The position numbers and the translations under genes are program-made. DNA of 64,000 bases from assembly GCA_963827655.1 (NCBI GenBank), contig CAWHCF010000045.1, positions 56,830-120,829 of the forward strand, read 5' to 3'. The notes under the pieces were generated by a model that saw nothing but the letters and a program-made list of their open reading frames with translations, was not told the DNA's origin and made no database searches. Source of the stretch: an uncultured Acidobacteriota bacterium (GTDB taxonomy: Bacteria; Acidobacteriota; UBA6911). Below are positions 45,098 to 55,230 of the stretch, piece by piece (position 1 is the stretch's first letter; each line of letters begins with the position of its first letter).

Positions 45098-45367
45098 GTG
45101 CCAGAACTCAGCCGGTTCTTCGGAATCATCATCCGAATGTTTGCAGAAGTAGGCTCGCCTCATCACGGAGCCCATTTTCACGCCTACTACCAAGACGAGG
45201 TCGCAATTTTCAACATTGATCCTGTAGAGATGATCGCAGGCTCACTTCCCAGGCGCCAACGGCGGCTAGTTGAAGCATGGGCCGAACTCCACGTGGCTGA
45301 ACTGAAGGCCGATTGGAATCGATTACAGGAGGGGCAAAAGCCTTTGCCGATTGAACCCTTGAGGTAG
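45098..45367 (+). CDS. DUF4160 protein (putative toxin)
   Basis: PELSRFFGIIIRMF, HFHAYY, LVEAWAELH. Confidence 0.88.
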   Translation: MPELSRFFGIIIRMFAEVGSPHHGAHFHAYYQDEVAIFNIDPVEMIAGSLPRRQRRLVEAWAELHVAELKADWNRLQEGQKPLPIEPLR

Positions 45368-45374
45368 CTTTCTT

Positions 45375-45671
45375 ATGAGTCACCCAATCTGCCGTGTTCG
45401 ATGGTTTAAAGTTGTCGCCGCCTACACCCTTCGGGTCGGGTTTGATGACGACACTGAACAGATAATCAATTTCCGACCAATCCTGGCCGGAGAATTGTTC
45501 GGACCACTTAGGGATTCCAAGTTGTTCAATCAGGTTCAGATTGATCCGGAAGTTCACACACTAGTATGGCCCAACGGTGCTGATTTTGACCCGGCTACGC
45601 TACATGACTGGCCCGTACATGAATCAGCTTTCCGTGAGCTTGCCAGGCGTTGGGAAACGGTAAAGCTGTGA
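45375..45671 (+). CDS. DUF2442 protein (putative antitoxin)
   Basis: LRVGFDD, TLVWPNGADFDPATL; paired with DUF4160. Confidence 0.88.
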   Translation: MSHPICRVRWFKVVAAYTLRVGFDDDTEQIINFRPILAGELFGPLRDSKLFNQVQIDPEVHTLVWPNGADFDPATLHDWPVHESAFRELARRWETVKL

Positions 45672-45919
45672 GAATGTCTTGGCAGAACCTACCTAATGAC
45701 CTGATGACCTGCAGCCGACGACCGAGAATACTGTTGCCATTCATCCCAGACTTCTTGCCGAGCCCGACTCGCACTGCCTTAATACAAGTAGTCTGGACAG
45801 AACTCGCGCGGATTATTGCTCGCGATTCAGTTAACTATGCAGCCAGCTTTCTCGCCGCGCGCAAAAAGCGCGCTCTCCGGCGGCTGCTGAGCGCTAAAAT
45901 CGTTGGACGGGATTGAAAC

Positions 45920-46183
45920 ATGGAACTCGATAACGACAAAATCGACGAGGCAGTCTTGGCACTCCTGTTGCTAGGTATCCACGATGGAGCGCGCGCTTGG
46001 AAAGGGTTCAACTGGGAATCAATGAACCGGCTTCACGCGAAGGGCCTTATTTCGGAGCCACGGGGAAAGGCGAAATCAATTGTCTTCACGGAGAAGGGCC
46101 TTCAGGAAGCAGAGCGTCTTCTGGAGAAGCTGTTTTCCAAAGACAACGCCGCCGGCGCCCGTCAACCCGGCGAACGCATTTAA
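45920..46183 (+). CDS. DUF6429-like small protein
   Basis: KIDEAVLALL, RAWKGFNW, KAKSIVFTEKG. Confidence 0.75.
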   Translation: MELDNDKIDEAVLALLLLGIHDGARAWKGFNWESMNRLHAKGLISEPRGKAKSIVFTEKGLQEAERLLEKLFSKDNAAGARQPGERI

Positions 46184-46419
46184 GCAATTGTCCCGTTCGA
46201 CCGATCTGAGGAGTTGTCCGAGAATTCTTTCACGGTGAAGGAAATCGTCAGCACCCAAGCTATCGCTGAATGGGAGGTCAAGCGACTCAATGGACTCAAT
46301 GCCGACAAGAACTGCATCTTTTTCTTGGCATGTGGCGCGTGGTTGTTTCCTGAAGATAAATCGACGGGTAACAGATGAAGCGAGACGTTCTAACACCACC
46401 GCTGGAGACCCGGCGTGAC

Positions 46420-46690
46420 GTGAGTCCGTCCTCTTTGCTCGGTGGAAGCCGGCCGTTGGAATAGCCTCAACCAAAGACCGGAGAATATTCCTCTGACACC
46501 AGAGCAGCGCGATGAACTCGACCGCCGCCTCGACGACCTGGAGCGAGAGGGGCCGGTCGGCATTTCCTGGGAAGAAGTTCTGCGACAGATCCGAAGCCGG
46601 CCGCGGTGAAATCTCTCAGCTTTCATCCTGCGGCGGCTGCCGATGTTGAGGAGGCGTACGACTGGTACGAGTCGAGACGTGGTGTTTCTG
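46420..46690 (+). pseudogene. Degraded addiction module (TIGR02574-like antitoxin plus ParE toxin N-terminus)
   Basis: LTPEQRDELDRRL...GISWEEV, then GTGA overlap into KSLSFHPAAAADVEEAYDWYE, truncated. Confidence 0.7.
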
Positions 46691-47021
46691 GCGATCCACG
46701 AAGACATGCTGCTGCTGCTGATCATGGACATCATCGAAGACGCCGGAACTTCGGGAGCCTTTCAGTCGCAGACAACCTACATGGTCCGCAACGCAGGACT
46801 CGATTCCGACAGAGGCCCGGGAGGCGATGGAGAAGATTGAGGAGTGTAGAGAGCGCAGCGACCTGCCATTCCCTGATTTCCCGAGTGAGCAAATCGCGGA
46901 ATTCAGCGGCACGATTCAGTACCCTCCTGCCGGGTCTGCCGTAAGATCCCGAGGGATGCCCATGCCGGTTTGCCCCATTCAAACAATCTGACCTTCGAGT
47001 AACTGCTTAGGAGAAAAGAAC

Positions 47022-47666
47022 ATGACAAATCTGAACAATGAAATCCGTAGGACTGAAACCAAAGAAAGGAACGTCGCAACGGTCGACATGAAGCTCGAGG
47101 TCGTCGTCATCCCCGTCTCGGATGTTGACCGCGCGAAGGAGTTCTACGCTAGGCTCGGGTGGCGGCAGGACGTCACGCCGCCCGGCTCCGGCGTGTTCCA
47201 GTTCACACCACCCGGCTCCGCCTGCTCGGTCCAGTTCGGCAAGAACCTAACGTCGGCCGCGCCCGGGTCGGTCCAGAGAACGTACTTGATCGTTACCGAC
47301 ATCGCGGCTACCCGGGACGAGCTGGTCGCCGCCGGCATCGAGGTGAGCGGGATCTTCCACCTCGGCCCAGATGGGCCGGTCGGCGGTCCGGATCCCGAGC
47401 ATCGAACCTACCGCTCGTTAGCCACGTTTAGCGATCCCGACGGAAACAGCTGGCTGCTGCAGGAGATCACCAGTAGGCTTCCGGGGCGCGTCGACACTGG
47501 TGTGACTTCGTTCGGCTCCGTAAGCGATCTGTCGAGCGCGCTTCGACGTGCGGAGGCGGCCCACGGCGAGCACGAGAAGCGCACCGGGCAGCGCGACGCG
47601 AACTGGCCCGACTGGTACGCCACGTACATGGCGGCGGAGCAGACCGGCCAGGAACTGCCGCAATGA
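47022..47666 (+). CDS. VOC/glyoxalase family protein
   Basis: MKLEVVVIPVSDVDRAKEFY, FSDPDGNSWLLQE. Confidence 0.9.
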   Translation: MTNLNNEIRRTETKERNVATVDMKLEVVVIPVSDVDRAKEFYARLGWRQDVTPPGSGVFQFTPPGSACSVQFGKNLTSAAPGSVQRTYLIVTDIAATRDELVAAGIEVSGIFHLGPDGPVGGPDPEHRTYRSLATFSDPDGNSWLLQEITSRLPGRVDTGVTSFGSVSDLSSALRRAEAAHGEHEKRTGQRDANWPDWYATYMAAEQTGQELPQ

Positions 47667-47712
47667 ACGACGACGGGTGAACGCATAGAAGGAAAGAACA
47701 TGGGAATGGGCT

Positions 47713-48010
47713 TTAGCTGCTTGTTCTCGCGGCGCAGCCGCTGCAGCTCCTGGCGCTCCGCCGTCTTGAGCTTGCCCTTGCTACCCCGGCCTTCGTCGAT
47801 CTCGGCCTGGCTGAGCCAATTGCGAACAGCTGACTCGGAAAGGTCGAGGTCACGCGCGATCTCCGCGACTGTCTTCCCGCTCTCGCGAATCAAACGCACC
47901 GGGTCTTGCTTGAATTCATCCGTGAATTTTCGCTTTTCGTTTCGTCATGGTTAGCCCCTCAAGGCATTATCCGCCTCATTGGGGGTGTCCACAAAACTGA
48001 GGAAGAGCAA
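47713..48010 (-). mobile_element. IS3-family left-end remnant (IRL plus OrfA, frameshifted)
   Basis: FTDEFK..VRLIRESGKTVAEIARDLDLSESAVRNW...ELQRLRRENKQL; IRL-like TGCTCTTCCTCAGTTTTGTGGACACCCC. Confidence 0.8.
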
Positions 48011-48019
48011 TGGAACCGG

Positions 48020-48200
48020 AGTCCTCGCCGCCATCCATCCACCGGATGCGATCCGGGCGATCCTCGAATGCCTCGGCCTGCCTTCGCGGGCAGCCGCCGA
48101 TTGCCAAGCCCTCACAGGACGGCCCCATCGGACTCTATCTATCAGTCCAGCCGCATTATCCGCGCGCCCGAAGGTTCGGCCTATGATTCGGCTTTTTCGT
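48020..48200 (+). mobile_element. IS91-family transposase C-terminal remnant and downstream region
   Basis: VLAAIHPPDAIRAILECLGLPSRA(PP), a typical IS91/ISCR transposase tail. Confidence 0.7.
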
Positions 48201-48456
48201 GAACGGTTGAAGCGGGCCGTGGATCCTTGACTGCCAGATCCAAAACCCGCCCGGTCGTTTATCACTCAACGAGTCCACCGAGGAGCCGGCGACCGGTAGG
48301 GTAGCATCGCCACCCTCGACGAGGTGATCGAATCGACAAGGGGTGGTAGCCGCGCGTCAGGCCGGGAGCCGGACGCGGCTGGCTCACCGATCTGGAAAAT
48401 CCATCGCTTGTTGGCGTCTCTGCGCATTTTTACCGGCCTAATGAGGTGCTTCGGTC

Positions 48457-48753
48457 CTACCACACCTTGCGGAGGTTCTGCAGGCCTTCAAGATAATCCT
48501 CTTTCTCGAAGTTGCTCTCGACACCGTAATCTGCTAGCAAGGTCACCATGCGGCCTATAGGAAGGCCTGCGATTTCAGCCGCCTTGCCCAGTGATGCTTC
48601 CCTTTTCCTGTACTTCTCCACCGCCAGCAGAACCCGGCCTCGGTGGACGAGTTCTCGCACAGCTTTGGAGAGGTCGCCCTTCTCTTCTCTAGAAAGCTTG
48701 GTAATGAAATCGTAGCTTTCCTTATCTATTCGAATGCTCATGGTCTTGGTCAT
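48457..48753 (-). CDS. UPF0175-like antitoxin
   Basis: SKAVRELV, ASLGKAAEIAGL; coupled to the PIN gene. Confidence 0.8.
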   Translation of the reverse strand: MTKTMSIRIDKESYDFITKLSREEKGDLSKAVRELVHRGRVLLAVEKYRKREASLGKAAEIAGLPIGRMVTLLADYGVESNFEKEDYLEGLQNLRKVW

Positions 48754-49254
48754 TTAATCTCCCTCTAGCCTGGATCGCGCATCAGCCACAATATCCGCTT
48801 TGTAGCGCCCGTACTGCTCAAGCGCGCCCAGCTTGGCAGTCGCAGTTTCCCGGTCGATCAGCCCCTTCTCGTGCATGCGCACCAGGATGGCCAGTGCCGT
48901 CGTGAAGGCAACCCTTAGCAGCTTGCAGGCATTGATACCGCTCTTGTCGTCAATCGCAACGAGCGTTGCCCGGCGCGCAATGGCTAGTGCAATCGCCTCA
49001 GCCTCTCCGAGGGCCAACGCGAAATCCCGCTGCAGCTGCGCGACCAGGTTCCTGTCCTTTATGGCTTTGACGGCAATCTTCTTCTCGCTGATGGCCCTCT
49101 GGATGATCAGGGCATCAAATGACTTCTTGACACGGCAGCTCTCGCGCTCAACCTCCTTGGGAATGACCACTTCCTGCGCAATCTGTTCTAGGAACTTCTC
49201 AAGAAGCTCCGCCTTTGCGAGCAGGATCAGGGTCGACGCATCCACCACCATCAT
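48754..49254 (-). CDS. PIN-domain (VapC/DUF3368-like) toxin
   Basis: VVDASTLI, LGEAEAIALA, IDD. Confidence 0.85.
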   Translation of the reverse strand: MMVVDASTLILLAKAELLEKFLEQIAQEVVIPKEVERESCRVKKSFDALIIQRAISEKKIAVKAIKDRNLVAQLQRDFALALGEAEAIALAIARRATLVAIDDKSGINACKLLRVAFTTALAILVRMHEKGLIDRETATAKLGALEQYGRYKADIVADARSRLEGD

Positions 49255-49315
49255 TATGACAGATTATTACATCCGTAAGGACTAAATCAAATACTGCGGT
49301 TGCCGATGTGTGTCG

Positions 49316-49365
49316 GGTCCTTCTGTCATCAATTGTTGGCAGGATTTAGTATAAAGATTTAGATG
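49316..49365. mobile_element. Single-ended remnant of the MITE family
   Basis: GGTCCTTCTGTCATCAATTGTTGGCAGGATTTAGTATAAA resembles the left end of 28442-28606. Confidence 0.55.
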
Positions 49366-49452
49366 CTTCTGTGCGGAAATGGACCGCATTACGCAGGCGT
49401 ACTTAACCTTCAGTTTTTGACAGTTTATGAAAGGTGCGTTATTATAGTCCAC

Positions 49453-49794
49453 ATGGGCATGACTTCACTGAACATATCCTTGCCTCAACCACTTAAGGAC
49501 TTCGTGGAAGAACGAGTCAAGGAGGGGGGCTACAGCACTCCCAGCGAATACGTCCGTGAGTTGCTCCGCGAAGACCAGAAACGCCGGATCGAGGAGAGAC
49601 TCGAAGCTCTCCTCCTGGAGGGCCTGAACTCAGGCAAGCCCATTGCCGTCACGCCGGAATATTGGGAAAAGAAACGCCAACAGCTCATTGAGCGGCACAA
49701 CGCGAAAAACAAGTCAGGCGGTGAGCGCTCGATACGTCGTTCTCCCGAAGGCCCACGGGGACCTGGACGACGCCGCAGATTACCTGGTAAATGA
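49453..49794 (+). CDS. parD: ParD-family (CC2985-like) antitoxin; 3' end may be extended by an indel
   Basis: LNISLPQPLKDFVEERV..GGYSTPSEYVRELLREDQ..LLLEGLNSG. Confidence 0.85.
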   Translation: MGMTSLNISLPQPLKDFVEERVKEGGYSTPSEYVRELLREDQKRRIEERLEALLLEGLNSGKPIAVTPEYWEKKRQQLIERHNAKNKSGGERSIRRSPEGPRGPGRRRRLPGK

Positions 49795-50053
49795 AGCTGG
49801 ACTGGACGTTGGTCTCGGTTTCCTCGCGGCGGCTCAAGAGACATTTGATCTTCTCGCCAGCCAACCTGCCATGGGGTGGCAGTGCCGGCTTAAAAATCCC
49901 GCTCTCGATTCCGTGCGAGTATTTCGCGTAACACGTTTCGAGAGATTTCTTATCTTCTACCGATCCGCACCCGAGTGCATTGAGATTCTGCGCGTTCTTC
50001 ACAGCTCTCAGGACCTGGACGCGCTCTTTGCGAAAGAAGGAGCCACGGATTAG
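49721..50053 (+). CDS. parE: ParE/RelE family toxin
   Basis: AHGDLDDAADYL, PAMG, FLIFYR, IEILRVLHSSQD. Confidence 0.85.
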   Translation: MSARYVVLPKAHGDLDDAADYLVNEAGLDVGLGFLAAAQETFDLLASQPAMGWQCRLKNPALDSVRVFRVTRFERFLIFYRSAPECIEILRVLHSSQDLDALFAKEGATD

Positions 50054-50230
50054 CTACTCGCAATACGTGTGTCGATAAACCCGCGAATCCCTGCAGTTAC
50101 GAGGCTGGTGACTGTTTTGTGGATTGGTCACCTCTCCTACCCCCTCCTCATAGGGTTCGGACTACACGGCGATACCTGTGGAATTGGATGTTCTCGAGTG
50201 CCCGCGCTGTCTTGGGCGCATGCGGATTCT

Positions 50231-50341
50231 GAACGGTCGGACCGGGCGCTCGAGTTGACATAATGTCTACCTTATCGGAAACTGGGCCGACCCCGCAGCC
50301 GGGGGGTCGCGAGGAAAACGGCTCTTGTTCAGCCTATCCGC
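50231..50341 (+). repeat. dif+oriIS-like unit, copy B; dif-like core 50253-50282
   Basis: AGTTGACATAA-TGTCTACC-TTATCGGAAAC ... CTCTTGTTCAGCCTATCCGC. Confidence 0.9.
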
Positions 50342-50367
50342 CCTGGAGGAAAGAAGAAGGCCGCCCA

Positions 50368-51762
50368 ATGAAGACGAAATCGCATCTCCGGCATTTCCTC
50401 GCGAAGGTCCTGTTCGTTGCGGCTTGGGCGGTCACACTATCGGCTGAGGCACTCACGCAGCGTCCGCCGCCGCACGTGTTCTTCCTGTTCGCCGATGACA
50501 TGCGCGCAGATTCCATCGGTGCGCTGGGCAACCAGGCGGTCAAGACGCCGAATCTCGATCGGTTGGTCAAAGAGGGATTCACTTTCACCAACGCCTACTG
50601 CCTGGGAGGGAACTCGCCGGCGGTGTGCACGCCCAGCCGCAATATGATGCTGAGCGGGAATGCTTATTTCCGCTGGAGCGATTATGTCTCGCCGATGGCG
50701 CCGAAGGCGAAGGGGATGCTTGCGCCGGGGGCGGCGCCGAATTTTCCGTTGTCGATGAAGGACCGGGGCTATGTGACGTATCATCACGGCAAGCGGGGGA
50801 ACACAGCGCTGGAGATCCAGGCGAAGTTCGACCACAACAAGTATCTCAAGAACGACGAGGGGGATCGACGTCGTGGCGAGCCGGGCAAGGAGATTGTCGA
50901 TGAGGCGATCGAGTTTCTGAAAACGCACCGGGGCGGACCGGTCTTCATGTATCTGGCCTTTGGGAATCCGCACGATCCGCGAGTGGCGGCACCCAAATAC
51001 ATGGAGCAGTACGACCCGGCGAAGCTTCCGCTGCCGAAGAATTATCTGCCGGTGCACCCATTCGACAACGGGGAGATGACGATTCGTGACGAGAAACTGC
51101 TGCCGTGGCCGCGGACCGAGGACGCGATTCGGAAAACGCTGCACGAATATTACGCGACGATCACGGGACTCGATGCGCAGATCGGGCGGCTGTTCAGTGC
51201 GATGGGAGAGAATGGATTCATGCAGAATTGCATCATCGTCTTTTCCGCGGACCAGGGCATCTCGGTGGGGAGTCATGGATTGTTGGGCAAGCAGAGCCTG
51301 TATGATGCGGCGATGAAGTCGCCGCTGGTGATTTCAGGTTACGATATCCCGCCAGGACGATCGGATGCGCTGGTCTATCTCCTCGATATCTATCCCACTA
51401 TTTGCGAGCTCACGGGAGCGAAGACCCCGACGGGCATCGATGGGCAGAGCTTCGTGCCGGTGCTGGAAGGGAAATCCGCGGCGGCACGGCCGGAGTTGTT
51501 TTTCAGCTACCGGGATGTGCAGCGAGGGCTTCGTGATGCGCGTTGGAAGATCATTCGCTATCCGCAGATCAACAAGACGCAGCTCTTCGATCTGGAGAGC
51601 GATCCGGACGAGATGAATGATCTGGCGAACGATCCGTCGCGGGCCTCGCGCATCGAGGAGATGTTCACACGATTGAAAGCGGCGCAGGAAAAGTATGGGG
51701 ATACATTGCCGCTGACTTCTTCGTCACCGAAACCCGCCGCCTGGACCCCTCCCTCCCAATGA
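50368..51762 (+). CDS. Sulfatase
   Basis: [29 protein letters not shown]. Confidence 0.92.
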   Translation: MKTKSHLRHFLAKVLFVAAWAVTLSAEALTQRPPPHVFFLFADDMRADSIGALGNQAVKTPNLDRLVKEGFTFTNAYCLGGNSPAVCTPSRNMMLSGNAYFRWSDYVSPMAPKAKGMLAPGAAPNFPLSMKDRGYVTYHHGKRGNTALEIQAKFDHNKYLKNDEGDRRRGEPGKEIVDEAIEFLKTHRGGPVFMYLAFGNPHDPRVAAPKYMEQYDPAKLPLPKNYLPVHPFDNGEMTIRDEKLLPWPRTEDAIRKTLHEYYATITGLDAQIGRLFSAMGENGFMQNCIIVFSADQGISVGSHGLLGKQSLYDAAMKSPLVISGYDIPPGRSDALVYLLDIYPTICELTGAKTPTGIDGQSFVPVLEGKSAAARPELFFSYRDVQRGLRDARWKIIRYPQINKTQLFDLESDPDEMNDLANDPSRASRIEEMFTRLKAAQEKYGDTLPLTSSSPKPAAWTPPSQ

Positions 51763-52612
51763 AAACTTCGATCTACCTCGTCCTGTTTCTGTGTCTTGCG
51801 TTGAGTTCCCATGGGGAGACTGCGCGGCCCAACATTCTTTGGGTTTCCAGCGAGGATCACGGACCGCACATGGGTTGCTACGGGGACAGTTATGCGTCGA
51901 CGCCGAATGTGGATCGGCTGGCGGCGAAGGGGATGATCTACAAGCGTGTCTGGTCATGCGCGCCGGTATGCGCGCCGGCGCGGACGACGGTGATTTCGGG
52001 GATGTATCCGCCAAGCACGGGAAGCGAGCACATGCGGAGCCTGGTGGCGTATCCGGCGGGCAAGAAGATGTTCCCGCAGTTCCTGCGCGAAGCCGGCTAC
52101 TACTGCACGAACAACGTGAAAGAAGACTACAACCTCGACAAGCCGGGGCAGGTTTGGGACGAGTCGTCGAAGAATGCGCACTGGCGCAAGCGTGCGGCGG
52201 GGCAACCGTTCTTTGCGGTGTTCAACTCGACGAAGAGCCACGAGAGCCAGATTCGCACACGGCCGCACAAGGCGGTTCATGATCCGGCGAAGGTGCGGGT
52301 GCCGGCGTATCATCCGGACACTCCGGAGGCGCGGCAGGATTGGGCGCAGTATTACGACCAGGTGAGCGAAGCGGATGCGGACGCGGGGAAGGTGCTCGAG
52401 GAACTGGAGAAGGATGGGCTTGCGGAGGACACGATCGTCTTTTACTGGGCGGACCATGGTTCCGGGATGCCGCGGAACAAGCGGATGCTGAGCGACTCCG
52501 GGCTGCACGTCCCGATGGTGGTTTATTTTCCGGAGAAATGGCGCGGGCTCGCGCCGCCCGACTATCGCGCGGGCGGCAGTACGGATCGACTCGTGAGTTT
52601 TGTCGACTTCGC
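51759..52612 (+). pseudogene. Sulfatase, 3'-truncated at repeat copy F
   Basis: [19 protein letters not shown]; sulfatase-like sequence stops at LVSFVDFA, where the repeat begins. Confidence 0.85.
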
Positions 52613-52633
52613 GCTCTTGTTCAGCCTATCCGC
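52613..52633 (+). repeat. oriIS-like end only, copy F (21 bp)
   Basis: GCTCTTGTTCAGCCTATCCGC, identical to the ends of copies B and C. Confidence 0.85.
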
Positions 52634-53227
52634 TCTTGCCGTTGTGGCAGCCGTCGCAGCTTTGCATCGTCGGATTCCTCAGATCCGACAGCTTGGTCGC
52701 CTGCGGGACCTGGGCGTGACACTCGGTGCAGTCGGTCTCGGTCCTCGACTGCCGCGGGTCGGACGCGTGCGTCTCGTGCGCGAACATCTTGGAGACCGAC
52801 CACTGCGTCGCGGTCGGGCTCGACGCTCCGGCCCGTTCGCCCGGGCGATGGCAATCGCCGCACGAGCCCATCGACGGCGACGCGCTCCTGGCGTGGCAGG
52901 TCGAGCAGGTGGCGTGGCCGGAGCCGGGCGGCGGGGTTCCCTTGAACACGTCGCCGTGGCAGGACTTGCAGACGCCGTTGCGCCCGGGGCCCTTGCTCTT
53001 GACCGTCTTGAGGTGCGACTTGTGAGACATGTCGCCGCCGAACTCGCTGTCGGATCGGCGGCGCCGTCTGCTTGACGTTCGGGTCGGCGGCGTCATGGCA
53101 GACGACGCAGATCTTGGGCTTGGAGAAGAACTCGGAGGCGTGGCAGTCGGGCGTGTTGCACGGCTGGTGGTCCTTGCCCAGGGTCGGCGCCAGGACGTTG
53201 AACTGCTCGTCGAGCACGTGGCATTGC
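52634..53227 (-). pseudogene. Internal fragment of a multiheme cytochrome c (c3/c7-like), no start or native stop
   Basis: CVVCH, CKSCH, CSTCH, CGDCH, CTECH, CDGCH, CNTPDCH and a cut xQCH; one frameshift. Confidence 0.85.
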
Positions 53228-53269
53228 CCGGGGGGCGCGAGGAAAACGGCTCTTGTTCGGCCTATCCGC
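53228..53269 (+). repeat. oriIS-like end only, copy E (42 bp)
   Basis: CCGGGGGGCGCGAGGAAAACGGCTCTTGTTCGGCCTATCCGC, identical to the end of copy A. Confidence 0.88.
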
Positions 53270-53416
53270 ATATGTCGCGCTTCGAAATGCTGCCTCGCAG
53301 TTGGGTATCGCCGCTGTTGCGACCGCCTCCGACGCCGGCGGTTTTGATGCGGTATCGTGGATTGCGGCCATCGCCACACTGGCCATTCCTTTGTGTTGTG
53401 TGTGGCTGAAATACCC

Positions 53417-53950
53417 CTACGACTCCATTTTTCTTTCCTCTAATTGGGTCCCGCAGTTGGCACAAAACGCATGAGTCGGGCGTATGGCTGTCTTGCACTG
53501 CGGGCACGTCGGGTTAAAACTGTACCGGCAATGTGGGCAGTAGTTGGCACGTGGATCAACCATAGTTCCACACTGGGGACATTGCTTTCGTATGGGCGCT
53601 CTTAATAAGAAATAGAGAATAAATCCAATCGCATTCGGAACGAAAATGACGACCAGCGTCCAGAACGTCCGGCTCATACCACGTCTTCCAGCGTCCTGGT
53701 TCACGTAACCGATCATCAGCACCAGGAATGCCAAAAACGTCCCCGGAATAAAACCGAGCACACCGGGAAACAACGACGCCGGTTGCCCCGGTTGACCGGT
53801 GACCAGGAAAAAGCAAATAGGAACCAGAACGAAGACAAGGGCTGCCACAACGTATGCCCATCCCGGAATCAGGGAAATCTCTCGCTGAATCCCGGGCGAG
53901 TCTTCGTTAGCGGTACTTTGCGAGCTCGTCCTGTTCATAACTATCTCCAA
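53417..53950 (-). CDS. Membrane protein with double zinc ribbon
   Basis: YVNQDAGRRGM, IGFILYFLLR, four CxxC motifs. Confidence 0.85.
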   Translation of the reverse strand: MEIVMNRTSSQSTANEDSPGIQREISLIPGWAYVVAALVFVLVPICFFLVTGQPGQPASLFPGVLGFIPGTFLAFLVLMIGYVNQDAGRRGMSRTFWTLVVIFVPNAIGFILYFLLRAPIRKQCPQCGTMVDPRANYCPHCRYSFNPTCPQCKTAIRPTHAFCANCGTQLEERKMES

Positions 53951-54443
53951 TTATTCTCGGTTCTGTGGCCCACGCACTATCCGTATCGCGACGGGCGTTA
54001 TGCTGCCATGCCGAAACGGCAGCAAGAACAGTAACCGGCAAGAACCACCAAATGAGAAACCCCATCTGCCAGATCACATCGGAAACCTGGAACAAATGCC
54101 CCAGCCATGCGAATGCGGCCCACGTGAAGGGTGTTGTCAGGATCGCCCACACACTCGCCATCGCCGCAGCGACACACAGGAACGCAGCCGGTTCTTGCTT
54201 CCGGCTGCGCTGCTCTGCCAGCCGATGAACCGCGAGGCTGGTCCGGCGCACGACATCCACTGGAGCGGTAACACTCAGTGCGCGCAGCGAGTCCATCGCG
54301 GCGGCCAGCGACCGTGCCTCGATCGAACACTCGACGCAACCCTCCAGGTGAGCATCCAGCCACTGACTTTCGCCGGAAGAGATACCTTCGATGCGAGCTG
54401 TGCGCAGCAGCGCTCTTGCGCGTTCATGACTTTCCGGATTCAT
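53907..54443 (-). CDS. zf-HC2 anti-sigma factor
   Basis: HLEGCVEC (HxxxCxxC) plus transmembrane helices; downstream of the ECF sigma gene. Confidence 0.82.
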   Translation of the reverse strand: MNPESHERARALLRTARIEGISSGESQWLDAHLEGCVECSIEARSLAAAMDSLRALSVTAPVDVVRRTSLAVHRLAEQRSRKQEPAAFLCVAAAMASVWAILTTPFTWAAFAWLGHLFQVSDVIWQMGFLIWWFLPVTVLAAVSAWQHNARRDTDSAWATEPRIIGDSYEQDELAKYR

Positions 54444-55001
54444 ACCTGTGCTCCCTCAATTTGTTGGCGCAGCGAATCCAGCCCGCGGTAGAGACGGGAC
54501 TTTACCGTCGAAAGCGGCGCTCCGACGATCGTTGCCATCTCATCTAAGCCCAGGTCTTCCTGAAAACGCAGCAGCAACACTTCGCGATAAGCCGCTGGAA
54601 TTCGGGCCAGAATCCGCGCCATTTGCGCGCTTTGTTCTCCGGCCAGGACTTGCTCAAAGGGCGATGGCCCCGCAGCCGGCGGCTCGAATGCTGCTCCCTC
54701 TTCCGTATTCATCAACTCATTAAGGCTCTGGCTTTTTTTGCGCCGTGCCAGATCGATCACCAGGTGGCGGGCAATGCTGAACAACCAGACTTCAAATTTC
54801 CACTGCGCGCGATATTGATGCCCTCGCTGCAGGACGTGGAGCCATGTTTCCTGAAATACGTCTTCGGCTCGTGGCCCGGTTACCCGTGACCGATAACAGG
54901 TACCGAAAAAGCCGGTGTTGATACTTCTCGATAAGACCATCCACAACATCTGGATTACCACCGCGCAACTCTTGCGCCAGTTTCGCCCTCTCATGCTCCA
55001 T
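54440..55001 (-). CDS. ECF RNA polymerase sigma factor; frameshift ~54875
   Basis: YQHRLFRYL / AEDVFQETW, WLFSIARH, TVKSRLYRG. Confidence 0.88.
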
Positions 55002-55113
55002 AGGATTCTCAATCCAGCAAATTACAGCGTCCATCAACGAACAATACGCAACAGGGCGCTGAAAAGACGCATGCTGCAACCTTCTGTACAATGGGCCGCG
55101 CAGAGTTGGATGC

Positions 55114-55214
55114 CGGCCCGGGCGCTCGAGTTGACATAATGTCTGCCTTATCGGAAACTGGGCCGACCCGCAGCGGGGGGCGCGAGGAAAACGGCTCTTG
55201 TTCAGCCTATCCGC
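55114..55214 (+). repeat. dif+oriIS-like unit, copy C; dif-like core 55129-55158
   Basis: AGTTGACATAA-TGTCTGCC-TTATCGGAAAC ... CTCTTGTTCAGCCTATCCGC. Confidence 0.9.
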
Positions 55215-55230
55215 TCATATAATAGGGCGT

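Noticed and set aside
50263-50367. N-terminal extension MSTLSETGPTPQPGG... on the sulfatase, and similar ORFs at 40478 and 57004
   Set aside because: These are translations of the non-coding repeat, and the frame is not kept between copies. The likely start is the ATG at 50368, ahead of a signal peptide.
52634-53075. C-terminal part of the 438 aa ORF 51759-53075 as a real sulfatase domain
   Set aside because: It is read-through across repeat F into the antisense strand of the cytochrome fragment.
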